51,846 nt of DNA, taken from positions 11,746 through 63,591 of the forward strand of contig JAUNVR010000009.1 of NCBI GenBank assembly GCA_030537595.1, in the 5' to 3' direction. The stretch is from Eubacteriales bacterium (GTDB taxonomy: Bacteria; Bacillota; Clostridia; Saccharofermentanales; DTU023). Below the pieces are notes generated by a model. That model was given only the letters and a program-made list of their open reading frames with translations. It ran no database searches and was not told the DNA's origin. Shown here one piece after another: positions 43,001 through 51,846 of this stretch (the stretch's first letter is position 1; the number at the start of each line of letters is the position of its first letter). Both the position numbers and the translations under genes were made by a program.

Positions 43001-44380
43001 AAGGCCCAGGAAGTCGAGGCAAAGAAGGATTTGGCCGAGGAATATCGCCTCCTATATGTAGCCCTGACTCGGGCGGAAGAGGAACTTTGCATTATCGGCA
43101 GAATTCACGAGCTGGAACGCTCGTCAAGACTTAGCGACAAGGATAAGTGGCTGAATTTTACAAATAAGCTTTCAAAGCTCCAGTTTAAAAACTATGAACT
43201 GGGCCAAAAGGATTCAGGAAAAGAAGTGGAAGGGCAGATTCTGGAATCGGATCTCGACCGCTTAGGGAATAATTTAGAATTAATTCTGGCCTCCTTAAAG
43301 CGAGATTTCGAGGCCCAGAACCAGGAACTTACTTTCAGTGAATTTTTAGCAAATTACTTTCAGCCAGGCCAGCTGCAAGAGGCTTTAATCAGCGAAAAGG
43401 TAAAACTTGAGCTGACTGAGCTGGAAAAACTCACGAGAGATTTAGACAATCTGATGTCAAGACGTAATGAAAACACAGGCCTAAAGCTTAAAAATCAAGC
43501 TAAATACAGTAGTCAAGAGATAGCAAGATCACTAGAATTAGCAGAACTTCGAGCGGCAAAAATACCCCATACAGAGCTTTTAAGCCTGCCTTCTAAGCTG
43601 ACTGTGACGGAATTAACTAAGCGAGAATTCATGTCCTATCGGGCAGGGCAAAAGCTCGAAGCAGAAGAGGCGAGCGAGCCCTCGACAGAACTTCCTGGCT
43701 TACGTGAGATGGCCTTAAAAATTGAGCCTTTAGAAAGCGCCTTAAAGCCAGATCAGAAGCGAGCGATGAACGCCAGAGAATACGGTATTTTCCTCCATAA
43801 AATCTTCCAGCACTTTAAAGTCGAATTATTAGAGCCTCAAGCTGAACTGAGTGAAAGTGAGTTCACGGAGCTTTTAGAAGCGGAGTTTAAAGTCTGGGCA
43901 GAACATGCCCTACTACGCCCCGATGAGGTCGAAGTCTTAAAAGAAGCCGGGGAAAAGGCGCGGGTAATTGCCTACCTCTACGCCTTTTATCAGTCCGACT
44001 TTTGCCGGGAATTAGTCCGAGCCAAGCAGATTGAGCGTGAGATTCCCTTCACCCTGTCAATTCCGGCTAGTGAATTTATGGAGCCTGAGGCGCGCGAGAG
44101 CTACTCAGAGAGCGTCGGGGATTCGGATCTCACCTTAGTCCAGGGCATGATTGACCTCTTTTACGTAAATCAGGCTGGTGAGGCGATTTTACTCGACTAT
44201 AAGTCGGATCAAATTAGAGGCAGTCAGGCAGAGCAGGATGCCGAATTGATAAAGCGTTATCGGGAGCAGCTGCGCTATTACCGCTTGGCGATTGAAAGAA
44301 TTAGCAAAAAACCGGTCAAAGCGGCCTATCTCTGGCTAATTCGGGCTGGTCGAGCACTCGAGATTAGCTTCCACAGCTAG
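40076..44380 (+). CDS. addA: ATP-dependent helicase/nuclease subunit A
   Basis: AGAGSGKT, TFTEKAA, IDEYQDT, VGDVKQSIYRFR, TIHKSKGLE, YVALTRA and nuclease GMID..DYKSD motifs. Confidence 0.95.
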   Translation: MQSKVQAELIEDFFSALNERQKAAVFAPADRDIILDAGAGSGKTRVLSSRVIKRLVAGEVEPDQLLVVTFTEKAAASMKQKIEAELEAMLQATPDPDLRKSLRELRERLPLATISTMHAFCWRLVKEQRAALKFKEQLRISEKTLVMDQAEEDDLLFRTLDELLAEKYRRITAYRLGSQEEAFTPEEIAAIEADIRLFNSIDTQQDDQGLKEQLAADYGLLRSLPDYLEAAEKALGELGEKSQNLALQDWFTEALSLVNQKLPQELEESSELPALSALLRALIEIESDPYLNDWRAKRAKAKEYQKLESLLAELNALRGDLEDLAQRLQGASLAGAEGKAIWNELHELGSNLAKLDVIAGLSRGNEEKLALRELYGSQICPFLQLLTGAFAPGSTMSESFGLEFYGSYFTQSYEELAELHLAAYERAKNYIQLLAELDDKYKEAKLRAERVDYNDFEHLAAELLKQPEIALTLSQQYREIYIDEYQDTSPLQDALIERLAKADPEAPSCRFMVGDVKQSIYRFRHAAPALFQARAELYQNSEEAGRYLILTENYRSRPEILDFVNQVFSAFMRQATAEIDYDSSQRLRFGERPLDAGSGAALKPEIRLRLLYTAEPEAEAAEADVAADGAAVAAAVEAAAQEAAVEAGQNQLGGLAHPFIREIAEHQEKARHEALLVVDEIFRLREAGREFSDIIVLCRSNAEVNSYANVLKDFDIPLATVRKIKIDSQQLLFLTSFLELLANPLQDLPLLAYLRSYLHGRAFQEAELLEIANFGLNLAAKDSLPSISRLWFGPFFYEQVARYRSEGPETELRERLDLALTKLETWREELSYRPYCEVLEEILLYADYREYLALLDSDGAGRLADLELFLEWVKDAWQKGQSLLQLMRKVVRLREESMEIEDSEQEASAVGRVRLMTIHKSKGLEAKVIIMGRASKAFERNASYPPFVFSTEPLSIAPLAWNEKTDQRIRLADYKKAQEVEAKKDLAEEYRLLYVALTRAEEELCIIGRIHELERSSRLSDKDKWLNFTNKLSKLQFKNYELGQKDSGKEVEGQILESDLDRLGNNLELILASLKRDFEAQNQELTFSEFLANYFQPGQLQEALISEKVKLELTELEKLTRDLDNLMSRRNENTGLKLKNQAKYSSQEIARSLELAELRAAKIPHTELLSLPSKLTVTELTKREFMSYRAGQKLEAEEASEPSTELPGLREMALKIEPLESALKPDQKRAMNAREYGIFLHKIFQHFKVELLEPQAELSESEFTELLEAEFKVWAEHALLRPDEVEVLKEAGEKARVIAYLYAFYQSDFCRELVRAKQIEREIPFTLSIPASEFMEPEARESYSESVGDSDLTLVQGMIDLFYVNQAGEAILLDYKSDQIRGSQAEQDAELIKRYREQLRYYRLAIERISKKPVKAAYLWLIRAGRALEISFHS

Positions 44381-44409
44381 TGGTGATGTAATAATCACTA
44401 GCGCTTGAG

Positions 44410-44425
44410 CCACAAGATGTAGTAG
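44410..44425. promoter_or_regulatory. Candidate NrdR box
   Basis: CCACAAGATGTAGTAG resembles the acaCwAtATaTwGtg consensus and lies upstream of an RNR gene. Confidence 0.55.
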
Positions 44426-44562
44426 AATGCACTTACGAAAATAGACAGCGTTACGGCGCTGTTTTAGGAAATTAAAATTTTTAAAAAATACTTCACGAGG
44501 CCGTAAACAAAGCCTTCCGTGATGATTTTTGCGCCTATTTTGCGCCTAAAATGGAGGAGTTT

Positions 44563-47500
44563 ATGCAATTAAAAGAGCTGATTAAAAGGCAGTTTACGAA
44601 AGAGCTCGAAAGTCCCGAGAAGCAGGGTAAGACAGTTTTCGAACTCTTTAAGTGGACGCGGCGAGATGTAGTTTTGACTGACTACAAGAGCGGAAAAACC
44701 TTAATCGAGATGCGTGATCTGGAGTTTCCCGAGCACTATTCTCAGCAAGCCTGCGATATTATCGCCTCGAAATACTTCCGCAAGGCCGGCCTGCCGACCC
44801 CGGAAGGTCATGAAGTATCCTTAAAACAAGTCGCCAACCGGATGGTTAGCTTCTGGGTTAAAGCTCTTTTGAGTAACGGGACAATTGACGAGAAAGAGGC
44901 CGAGATCCTCTATGATGAATTGGTCTATGCCCTGCTCGCCCAGTACTTTGCACCGAATTCACCGCAGTGGTTTAACACCGGCTTAAAAGAAGCCTACGGA
45001 ATTGCTGGTGGTAAGTCGGAGCTCTACTATTTTGACCCCGAGACAAATGAAGTAAAGATGAGTGAGGATGACTATACACGGACTCAGGCCTCGGCCTGCT
45101 TCATTCTCTCAATTCAGGATAAGCTTTTAGGAGAGCATTCAATCTCCGACCACTACGTCACCGAAACCAAGCTCTTTAAGGGCGGTTCCGGTACAGGGAC
45201 GAACTTCTCACCGATTCGGGCTGAGGGAGAAAGACTTTCCGGCGGTGGCCAGTCCTCCGGCCTGATGTCCTTCCTGCGTGGCCTCGACCGGAACGCCGGG
45301 GCGATTAAATCTGGCGGTACGACCAGGCGGGCAGCGAAGATGGTCTGCCTCGATGTCGACCACCCTGAGATCATGAACTTTATTAGCTGGAAGGCGCGCG
45401 AAGAAGATAAGGTCGTAGCTTTGGCCAAGATGGGCTATGACGGAGATATTGACGGAGAAGCTTACAACACCGTCTCCGGCCAAAACTCGAATAACTCGGT
45501 CCAGTTCTCCGACGCCTTTATGGATAAGGTCGCCAATTTGAAGCAGGATCCCGATGCACTCTGGGAGTTGCGCGGCAGATTAGATGAGGGGGTCAATCGG
45601 GAGGTCAAGGTCAAAGAACTCTGGGAGCTCTTTAACCAATCGGCCTGGCGCTGTGCTGACCCGGCACCGCAGTACTCCGACACCTTTAATGCCTGGCACA
45701 CCTGCCCGGCTGGTGAGGATGGGGAGCTCGGGGCGCGGCACAACCGGATTAACTCCACTAACCCCTGTGGCGAATATGCCTTCCTCGACGACACCTCCTG
45801 CAACCTGGCCTCGATTAACCTCTTAAAGTTCCTGCGTGAGAGTACAAATGCTGAGGGCGAGTTGCAGCAAAGCTACGATGTCGAAGCCTTAAAGCATATG
45901 ATTACGATCGCCCAGCTCGTCCTCGAAGCCTCGATCATTAAGGGGCAGTTCCCGACCCGCGATATCGCCCGGAAAACCTACCTCTTCCGGACTACAGGAC
46001 TGGGCTTTGCCAACCTCCACTCGCTCTTACTTTCTTTGGCCATGCCCTACGACTCAGACGAAGCCAGGGCTTTGGCCGGGGCCTTAGCGGGCATCTTAAC
46101 TGGCCACTCCTACTTTGTTTCGGCCCTGATGGCTGAACGGGTCGGCGCCTTCCCGAAATATGAGATTAACCGTGAGCATATGGCGCGCGTCATGCGTAAC
46201 CATGCCCGGGCAGCGGGCATGCGCCTCGATGCACCGGAGGGCCTAAACTACCGTCTGCCAATTGTCGACCAACCTCTACTTAATAGACTCGGTTTTGAAT
46301 ACATTCCGGAGGCGCTGAATGAGGCTTGGGAAAATGCCCTGGAATATGGTGAGCGCTTTGGCTACCGGAATGCTCAGGTCTCAGTCATGGCCCCGACAGG
46401 GACGATTTCCTTTGCGATGGACTGTGCTTCAACCTCGATTGAACCCTTCTTCTCCCACGTGGTTTATAAGAAGCTGGTCGGTGGCGGCTTTATGAAGCTG
46501 GCCAATCCGATGATTAAAAAGGCCCTGCTCCGCCTGGGTTACAGCGCGAGCGAAGCAGAGGATATCGAAGCCTATATCATGCGTGAGGAAAACGGCATGC
46601 TGGTCGATGGCAAGATTGAAGGCGCGCCCCATCTGAAAGAGCAGGATTACGCGATCTTTGACACCGCAAATGCAATGGGTACAGGTCAGCGCTTCATCCA
46701 CCACCTCGGTCACGTCAAGATGGTCGCAGCGATTACGCCCTTAATTTCAGGGGCAATTTCCAAGACCGTCAACCTCCCCGGCGATGCAACTGTCGAAGAG
46801 TTTAAGAATGTAGTCTTAGAATCCTGGAAGCTCGGGGTCAAAGGCATTACCCTCTACCGCGACGGGTCGAAGTTTGCCCAGCCACTAAACCTCAAATTGC
46901 AAGGCGCAGCAGTCGATAATCTGCCACTCGAAGAGCTGTCCTATGCCCAGCTGTTGAAGCGGGCCAAGGAGCAGTCAAAAGAGCTCGAAATGCTCTGTGA
47001 CCACCACAGCTCCAGACGCGATAAATTAGTAGGCATTCGCTCCGGTAGAACCCACCCAGCCCAGATTGAAGACGTCAAAATATACTGTACGGTCAACCGC
47101 AATGAAGAGGGTGAAATCTCCGAGATTTATATCACGACAGATCGGGAAGGTACCCTGATTATGGGGCTTTTAAACTCCCTCTCCAAGACAATTTCCGTAA
47201 TGCTGCAGTACCACATTCCGCCAAAGCATATTGCCAAGATGCTGCGCGGGCAAAAGTATGAGCCATACGGTTTTGTCGCCAGACACCCGTATATTAAGTA
47301 CTGCTCCTCAATCTCTGACCTGATTGCCAAGATTATTGACATCGAAATTGGAGATTTTAGTAGAGTTCAGGTGAAAGATGGTGAACTACCGGAGGCCATG
47401 GGCTTTAATCTAAAAGAAGAGTACGAAGCAGAAGCAGGCTCTCCGCTGAAAGCTCAGGTCGGAATCGAGGACTTTATCCACGAAAACGCACGTGAGGCTG

Positions 47501-47619
47501 CAGAACGGGGAGAGAAGTTGTATGATTCTACATGTCCGGAGTGTAGCTCAACCAGAATGGTTTTAAACGGGACTTGTAAAGTCTGCCTAGACTGTGGAGC
47601 GACCACCGGATGTAGCTAA
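44563..47619 (+). CDS. nrdJ: Class II (adenosylcobalamin-dependent) ribonucleotide reductase
   Basis: PNSPQWFN, SACFI, NPCGE, SCNLASINL, APTGTI, AISKTVN, YRDGSK, C-terminal Cys ribbon; no beta subunit, cobO adjacent. Confidence 0.93.
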   Translation: MQLKELIKRQFTKELESPEKQGKTVFELFKWTRRDVVLTDYKSGKTLIEMRDLEFPEHYSQQACDIIASKYFRKAGLPTPEGHEVSLKQVANRMVSFWVKALLSNGTIDEKEAEILYDELVYALLAQYFAPNSPQWFNTGLKEAYGIAGGKSELYYFDPETNEVKMSEDDYTRTQASACFILSIQDKLLGEHSISDHYVTETKLFKGGSGTGTNFSPIRAEGERLSGGGQSSGLMSFLRGLDRNAGAIKSGGTTRRAAKMVCLDVDHPEIMNFISWKAREEDKVVALAKMGYDGDIDGEAYNTVSGQNSNNSVQFSDAFMDKVANLKQDPDALWELRGRLDEGVNREVKVKELWELFNQSAWRCADPAPQYSDTFNAWHTCPAGEDGELGARHNRINSTNPCGEYAFLDDTSCNLASINLLKFLRESTNAEGELQQSYDVEALKHMITIAQLVLEASIIKGQFPTRDIARKTYLFRTTGLGFANLHSLLLSLAMPYDSDEARALAGALAGILTGHSYFVSALMAERVGAFPKYEINREHMARVMRNHARAAGMRLDAPEGLNYRLPIVDQPLLNRLGFEYIPEALNEAWENALEYGERFGYRNAQVSVMAPTGTISFAMDCASTSIEPFFSHVVYKKLVGGGFMKLANPMIKKALLRLGYSASEAEDIEAYIMREENGMLVDGKIEGAPHLKEQDYAIFDTANAMGTGQRFIHHLGHVKMVAAITPLISGAISKTVNLPGDATVEEFKNVVLESWKLGVKGITLYRDGSKFAQPLNLKLQGAAVDNLPLEELSYAQLLKRAKEQSKELEMLCDHHSSRRDKLVGIRSGRTHPAQIEDVKIYCTVNRNEEGEISEIYITTDREGTLIMGLLNSLSKTISVMLQYHIPPKHIAKMLRGQKYEPYGFVARHPYIKYCSSISDLIAKIIDIEIGDFSRVQVKDGELPEAMGFNLKEEYEAEAGSPLKAQVGIEDFIHENAREAAERGEKLYDSTCPECSSTRMVLNGTCKVCLDCGATTGCS

Positions 47620-47644
47620 GATTTAGAAATTTGGGGGGTACGAG

Positions 47645-48193
47645 ATGGCTGAGAAAAAGGAAAAAAAGCGTGGCATGATTCATCTTTATGCCGGAGACGG
47701 CAAGGGGAAGACCACAGCAGCTACAGGCCTTACGGTCCGCGCTGCAGGCCGCGACTGGCGAGTGCTTTTTGTACAGTTCCTGAAGAGTGGAAACTCAGCT
47801 GAACTGAAAATCCTGCGCAGTCTACCCACGGTGAAAGTAGTAACAGGCCAAAAGGTCAATAAGTTCAGCTTTCACATGACAGCAGAGGAAAAAGAGACGG
47901 CCCGAAATGAATTTAGAGAGCGGCTAGAAGCAGCCAGGGCAGCAGCAGAGGCTGGGGAAGTTGACCTTTTAGTCCTCGATGAGGCCCTCGGCACAATCCA
48001 AGCCGGACTGCTCGATGAGGATCAGTTATATGAGTTCATGGCTGAAAAGCCGGAGGCCCTAGAATTGGTCATCACCGGCCGTGATCCCTCCCCGCGAATC
48101 ATTGAACTTGCTGACTACTACAGTGAGATCTGTGAACGCAAACACCCTTATAGAAGCTTCGGTTTGAATGCCAGACCCGGCATCGAGTTTTAA
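47645..48193 (+). CDS. cobO: Cob(I)alamin adenosyltransferase (CobO/BtuR/CobA type)
   Basis: GDGKGKTTAA, VQFLK, LVLDE, ELVITGR and KHPY..G..AR.GIEF motifs. Confidence 0.93.
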   Translation: MAEKKEKKRGMIHLYAGDGKGKTTAATGLTVRAAGRDWRVLFVQFLKSGNSAELKILRSLPTVKVVTGQKVNKFSFHMTAEEKETARNEFRERLEAARAAAEAGEVDLLVLDEALGTIQAGLLDEDQLYEFMAEKPEALELVITGRDPSPRIIELADYYSEICERKHPYRSFGLNARPGIEF

Positions 48194-48205
48194 TTGGAGG
48201 CTGTA

Positions 48206-50662
48206 GTGAATCCAGAAATTGAAGCTAAGCAACTGAAGCAAAATGTTCTAACCGTATTAATTACGGGGACGAATGGTAAAACCACGATCGCCCACCTGCT
48301 GAAACATATCTTTCGGCAGGCGGGTGTTCCTATTTATTCCAATATCCATTGGGAAGACGACCGGGAGGAGAGAGCTGAGAGCTTTTTCGAAACGGTTGCC
48401 GAATCTCGTAAGCAGGCGGAACCGGCAGTCTTTATCCTCGAAGTAGATGAGGGCGACTTTGCCTACTTTGCCCAGAAACTAAAGCCAGAAATGGCCATAG
48501 TTGCGAACCTCTCGCGTAACCAGCTCTACCTTTACGGCGAGCTAAACGGAATTGTCACCGGCTTAAAAGAAGGCCTGGCGGCAGCCCCAGACTGCGAACT
48601 AATCTGCTGTGCCGACGATCCTTTGGTCGCCGGTTTGGCGAAGGCCGTGGATAAGCCGGAAAGAGTTTTCTACTACGGCTTAGCTGAGCACGAAGCTGGG
48701 CCGAACTACTCAGCAGATGACGAGCATTTCTTTATGGAATCTCCGCACTGCAGCTTTTGCGGTGCGCTTTTAGATTATGACGGACTGTCATTTTCGAATT
48801 ATGGGAATTACAGCTGTCCGGACTGCGATTTTTCACGGCCAAAGCGGGACCTGGAGTTTAAGGAGCTGGGCGGAACTTTCCGTGAAAGCCTCTATTCCTT
48901 CCGCTTTGCCTCAGGCCTCAGCGCTGAGCCGAAAAGTGGAAGCAAGTCAAGCCTGGAAGCGCAAGAGCATGCAGCTGAACTAAGAGCAAAAGGCAGTGCG
49001 CAAGGCCTCGATGAGGAGCTCTCAGCAGGCGCTTCTGAGGACTTTGAGGAGCTAAAAATAGCCCTCCACCTGCCGGCCTTGCTCAATGCCTATAACGCAG
49101 CAGCTGCGGCCTTACTAGCTAGAAGAGTCGGGCTTTCTGCAGGCCAGATCCGCCAGGGCTTAGAGCGCTGCCTGCCACCGCGAGGCCGCTTTGAGCGCTT
49201 TATATATGAGGGGCAGGAGATTTGCCTCCTCCGCGGCGAGAATCCCGAGGCGCTAAACACAACCTTGGCCTGGGCCTTAAACCAGGCAGACTGTGGGGCC
49301 TTGCTTTTAGCCTTAGATGATCCAGAAAAGAATCATGCTGGAGATATTTCCTGGCTCTGGGACGTGCTCTTTGAAAAACTACCCTATACGAAGCTGATCG
49401 GGCTAGCTGGAACGAGAGCCCACGACCTCGCACTGCGCCTACTCTATGCAGGGGTCGAAGCTGAGCGGATTCAACTAATCGCCGGCCAGGGTCAAGGGCA
49501 GGCTTTAGCGGAGCAAAAATTCATCGGAGAACTCGAAGAAGCAGAGCTCAGTGCGGCTGAAATCGAGCTACTATTAAAACTGATGCGAGAAGCAAGTCCC
49601 AAGACGGTCTACTTCTTAGCAGATAAGACAGCTGCGCACAGATTGCGCCCTGAGCTTTTAAAAATAGCGCGCTCCGAGATTGACTTAATTCGTGAAGATT
49701 TAACTTACCAGGAAGCCTACGGCGACGAAAATAAGATTGCCGAACTTTCCTCCTACTATGGTTTCAAGCGGGATTTAGCAAGCCCTAAGCTCAGCGGCAG
49801 GCGCGTCGAAGCAAAGCTTTCCGCCGCCGACAGCATCGGCTTAGACAGCCTGCAGGTCGAGGCCACAAGAGCCAGACCTGAGCTGAAGTACAGCTTGAAT
49901 CTGGCTTACCTCTATCCGCAAGAGCTAAACCTCTATGGAGATCGCGGCAATGTGCTTTGCCTAAAAGAGCGGGCCCGCTACCACGGCATCGATTTAAAAG
50001 TCAGCTGCATCGGGCGCGGTGACCGCTTTGACCCAGAGGCCTATGAAATAGTCTTTATGGGCGGCGGTCAGGATAGTGACCAGGATTCAGTCTACGCAGA
50101 CTTTGTCGAAAAGGCCGCGGACATTCGAGCCGCGGTCGAATCGGGTGTGGTTTTCCTCTGTATCTGTGGCGCCTACCAGCTGATGGGGAAAAACTACATC
50201 ACCGCAGCAGGACGGGAGATTGAGGGACTCGGAATCCTCGACTTGGAAACCCGTGGCCTCGGCCGGAGGATGGTAGGAGACCTAGTCTTTAGACCGCCAG
50301 GAAAGGGCAGGGGCAAGAGTGCAGCTGAGCTACTTTTAGGTTATGAAAACCATGGCGGCGAAACCTTCCTCGGCCCAGCAGCCCGTGCGATGGGGCAGGT
50401 TATTCGCGGCTTTGGCAATAACTCTTGCGATGAGGGCGAAGGCTGCGTTTACAAAAATCTTTTCGGAACCTATGCCCATGGCGCCTTCCTACCACGGAAT
50501 CCAGAAATGGCAGACCATCTTTTAAAGCTGGCCTGGGCCAAAGCCTATCCCGGCCAAAACTTCCCGCCAGCTCAGCTGGAGCTCGATGACAGTATTGCCT
50601 TAACTTGTCGTGCTGAGGTCTTCCGTCGCTTAAAAATTGACTTAGACGAAGAGAGAACTTAA
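48206..50662 (+). CDS. Fused MurT-like Mur ligase and GatD (CobQ-like type 1 glutamine amidotransferase)
   Basis: ITGTNGKTT, LEVDE, CxxC..CxxC insertion and DISWLWD, then LYP..LNLYGDRGN, GGGQD, ICGAYQL, ENHGG and TYAHG in one frame; GTG after GGAGG. Confidence 0.88.
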   Translation: MNPEIEAKQLKQNVLTVLITGTNGKTTIAHLLKHIFRQAGVPIYSNIHWEDDREERAESFFETVAESRKQAEPAVFILEVDEGDFAYFAQKLKPEMAIVANLSRNQLYLYGELNGIVTGLKEGLAAAPDCELICCADDPLVAGLAKAVDKPERVFYYGLAEHEAGPNYSADDEHFFMESPHCSFCGALLDYDGLSFSNYGNYSCPDCDFSRPKRDLEFKELGGTFRESLYSFRFASGLSAEPKSGSKSSLEAQEHAAELRAKGSAQGLDEELSAGASEDFEELKIALHLPALLNAYNAAAAALLARRVGLSAGQIRQGLERCLPPRGRFERFIYEGQEICLLRGENPEALNTTLAWALNQADCGALLLALDDPEKNHAGDISWLWDVLFEKLPYTKLIGLAGTRAHDLALRLLYAGVEAERIQLIAGQGQGQALAEQKFIGELEEAELSAAEIELLLKLMREASPKTVYFLADKTAAHRLRPELLKIARSEIDLIREDLTYQEAYGDENKIAELSSYYGFKRDLASPKLSGRRVEAKLSAADSIGLDSLQVEATRARPELKYSLNLAYLYPQELNLYGDRGNVLCLKERARYHGIDLKVSCIGRGDRFDPEAYEIVFMGGGQDSDQDSVYADFVEKAADIRAAVESGVVFLCICGAYQLMGKNYITAAGREIEGLGILDLETRGLGRRMVGDLVFRPPGKGRGKSAAELLLGYENHGGETFLGPAARAMGQVIRGFGNNSCDEGEGCVYKNLFGTYAHGAFLPRNPEMADHLLKLAWAKAYPGQNFPPAQLELDDSIALTCRAEVFRRLKIDLDEERT

Positions 50663-50736
50663 GTCCTAGCGACTGAGCTAGCTGGCAGCAGCAAGAAAGT
50701 CTAGCTAAAACTTAAAAGCTTTTTACTTAAAGAAAA

Positions 50737-50774
50737 GACTCGGGCCTGGCAATGCCAAGTCCGAGTCATTTTTT
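50737..50774 (+). terminator. Terminator after the murT-gatD fusion, possibly bidirectional
   Basis: GACTCGGGCCTGGC..GCCAAGTCCGAGTC, then ATTTTTT. Confidence 0.75.
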
Positions 50775-50840
50775 CTACGGCTAAATTCAGAGCCGAATTA
50801 TTAACTGTGCGGGTGATCAACCCGCGCCTATTATAGACGA

Positions 50841-51846
50841 TTAGTCAACTGAGATAAAGAACTCAGGAGCCTGGTCAAAAATATGTAGACCCTCGTTTAA
50901 GGCGCGGAGCTTTGCATCATCGTCAGTGGTGACAAAGGCAAAGAGCAACATCAGGTGCTCACCGTGCTGGGCTTCCTCGACAAAGACTGTGCCAAAGGGC
51001 AGGTCGAGAGTAATCTTGCGCACGAGGCGGTCATTTTCCTTGCTGACCCACTGCGGTGCAGAAATCTTTGCCACGATATCTTGGAGCATGCTGACTGCTT
51101 CAGCAGCTTGTTTCGGGTTTTCTAGCATGAACTTGGTGACTTGCTTTTGGACCTCGTCCTGGAGCTCAGCACCTTGTTCCTTAGCCATATCGATACCGTC
51201 TTTGAGCATTTCTTTCTGCTCTTCACTCAGCTCGATAATCCCCTGGCCAGTGTAGAAGGCGTCCTTGGCAGCAGCGCTGTCTGGGAAGCTCAGGTAGAAA
51301 ACACTGTAGAGATTGAGCTCGAGGTGGTTGAGGTAGCGGACGATTAGGTCTAGGGGAATTTGGTCAAAGATTGAACCAAAGTTCAGATCCAAGGGGAAGG
51401 AATCTTCGTCCTGATCTTCCATGATGGAATCGAAGACACCGGACTGTTGCAAGTACTTCAGACCGAGAGCCAGGCTCTGCGGATCATAGTTTGCACCAAA
51501 GATTGCCTGCTTAACTGCGAGGGGCTCGACCTTGGTGATGTCGTAGACCTTAAAGCCGTTCTTTAACATGAAGAGGGCTGCTTCATTGCCGTCCAGGGCT
51601 GGCAGCTTACGTAGACCAGCGGTAATGCTTTCGGCTTCTTCTTCAGAATCTTCAGCATCTTCCTCAGCTTCTTCCTCGTCCTCGTCCTTGGCTTCTTCTT
51701 TAGCATCCTGCTTGGACTCGGCTTCGCTTTCTTCGGCTTCGTCAGCATCTGCTTCAGCTTCGTCTTCGTCTACTTTTTCTGAGCCTGCCTTAGCTTCGTC
51801 AGCATCGTCGGCTTCTTCGGCCTCTTCAGCTTCCTCAGCTTCTTCA
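50841..51846 (-). CDS. Hypothetical protein with long Glu/Asp/Ala low-complexity tract; 5'-truncated by the window edge
   Basis: The frame of the 242-aa ORF stays open upstream to 51846 and encodes ...EEAEEADDADEAK...EDAEDSEEEAESITAGLRK... Confidence 0.75.
   Translation of the reverse strand, partial: EEAEEAEEAEEADDADEAKAGSEKVDEDEAEADADEAEESEAESKQDAKEEAKDEDEEEAEEDAEDSEEEAESITAGLRKLPALDGNEAALFMLKNGFKVYDITKVEPLAVKQAIFGANYDPQSLALGLKYLQQSGVFDSIMEDQDEDSFPLDLNFGSIFDQIPLDLIVRYLNHLELNLYSVFYLSFPDSAAAKDAFYTGQGIIELSEEQKEMLKDGIDMAKEQGAELQDEVQKQVTKFMLENPKQAAEAVSMLQDIVAKISAPQWVSKENDRLVRKITLDLPFGTVFVEEAQHGEHLMLLFAFVTTDDDAKLRALNEGLHIFDQAPEFFISVD

Noticed and set aside
44381-44562. Cobalamin riboswitch before nrdJ-cobO
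   Set aside because: No B12-box or other conserved riboswitch core recognised
44563-47619. Intein or intron in nrdJ
   Set aside because: No splice-junction or homing endonuclease motifs; the length is explained by the C-terminal domains
49890-50662. Annotation as cobyric acid synthase CobQ
   Set aside because: Motifs are GatD-type and fused to a Mur ligase; there is no CobQ-type N-terminal ATPase domain
44563-50662. Apparent weakening of G skew suggesting an inversion
   Set aside because: Spot counts on individual lines were inconsistent; needs a computed cumulative skew

Overview
Chromosomal replication-origin region of a Bacillota bacterium, probably Clostridia-like (inferred from AddAB, RemB and a PLWGK-type GyrB). 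The core is dnaA-dnaN-recF-remB-gyrB, followed by parA and parB with two perfect parS sites. Degenerate DnaA-box clusters lie on both sides of dnaA. Left of the origin: the 3' end of a murT homologue, GlcNAc PTS genes (nagE, nagA, EIIA), an orphan long-form hutU and a class I aldolase. Right of it: cls, mutM, a nadE with a decayed glutaminase domain, an ABC-2 transporter, eno, an Fe3+/thiamine-family ABC importer, a DUF438/PAS protein, two ABC exporter half-transporters, a YihY gene, addBA, an nrdJ-cobO-(murT::gatD fusion) cluster and a partial acidic hypothetical gene. No rRNA, tRNA, CRISPR array or mobile element was seen. Most notable are the MurT-GatD fusion with a second MurT paralogue showing complementary motif loss, a DnaA recognition-motif variant paired with non-canonical boxes, the rearranged origin with a split parA/parB locus, and the apparently glutaminase-dead NadE. 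All calls rest on motif recognition by eye, with no database search.
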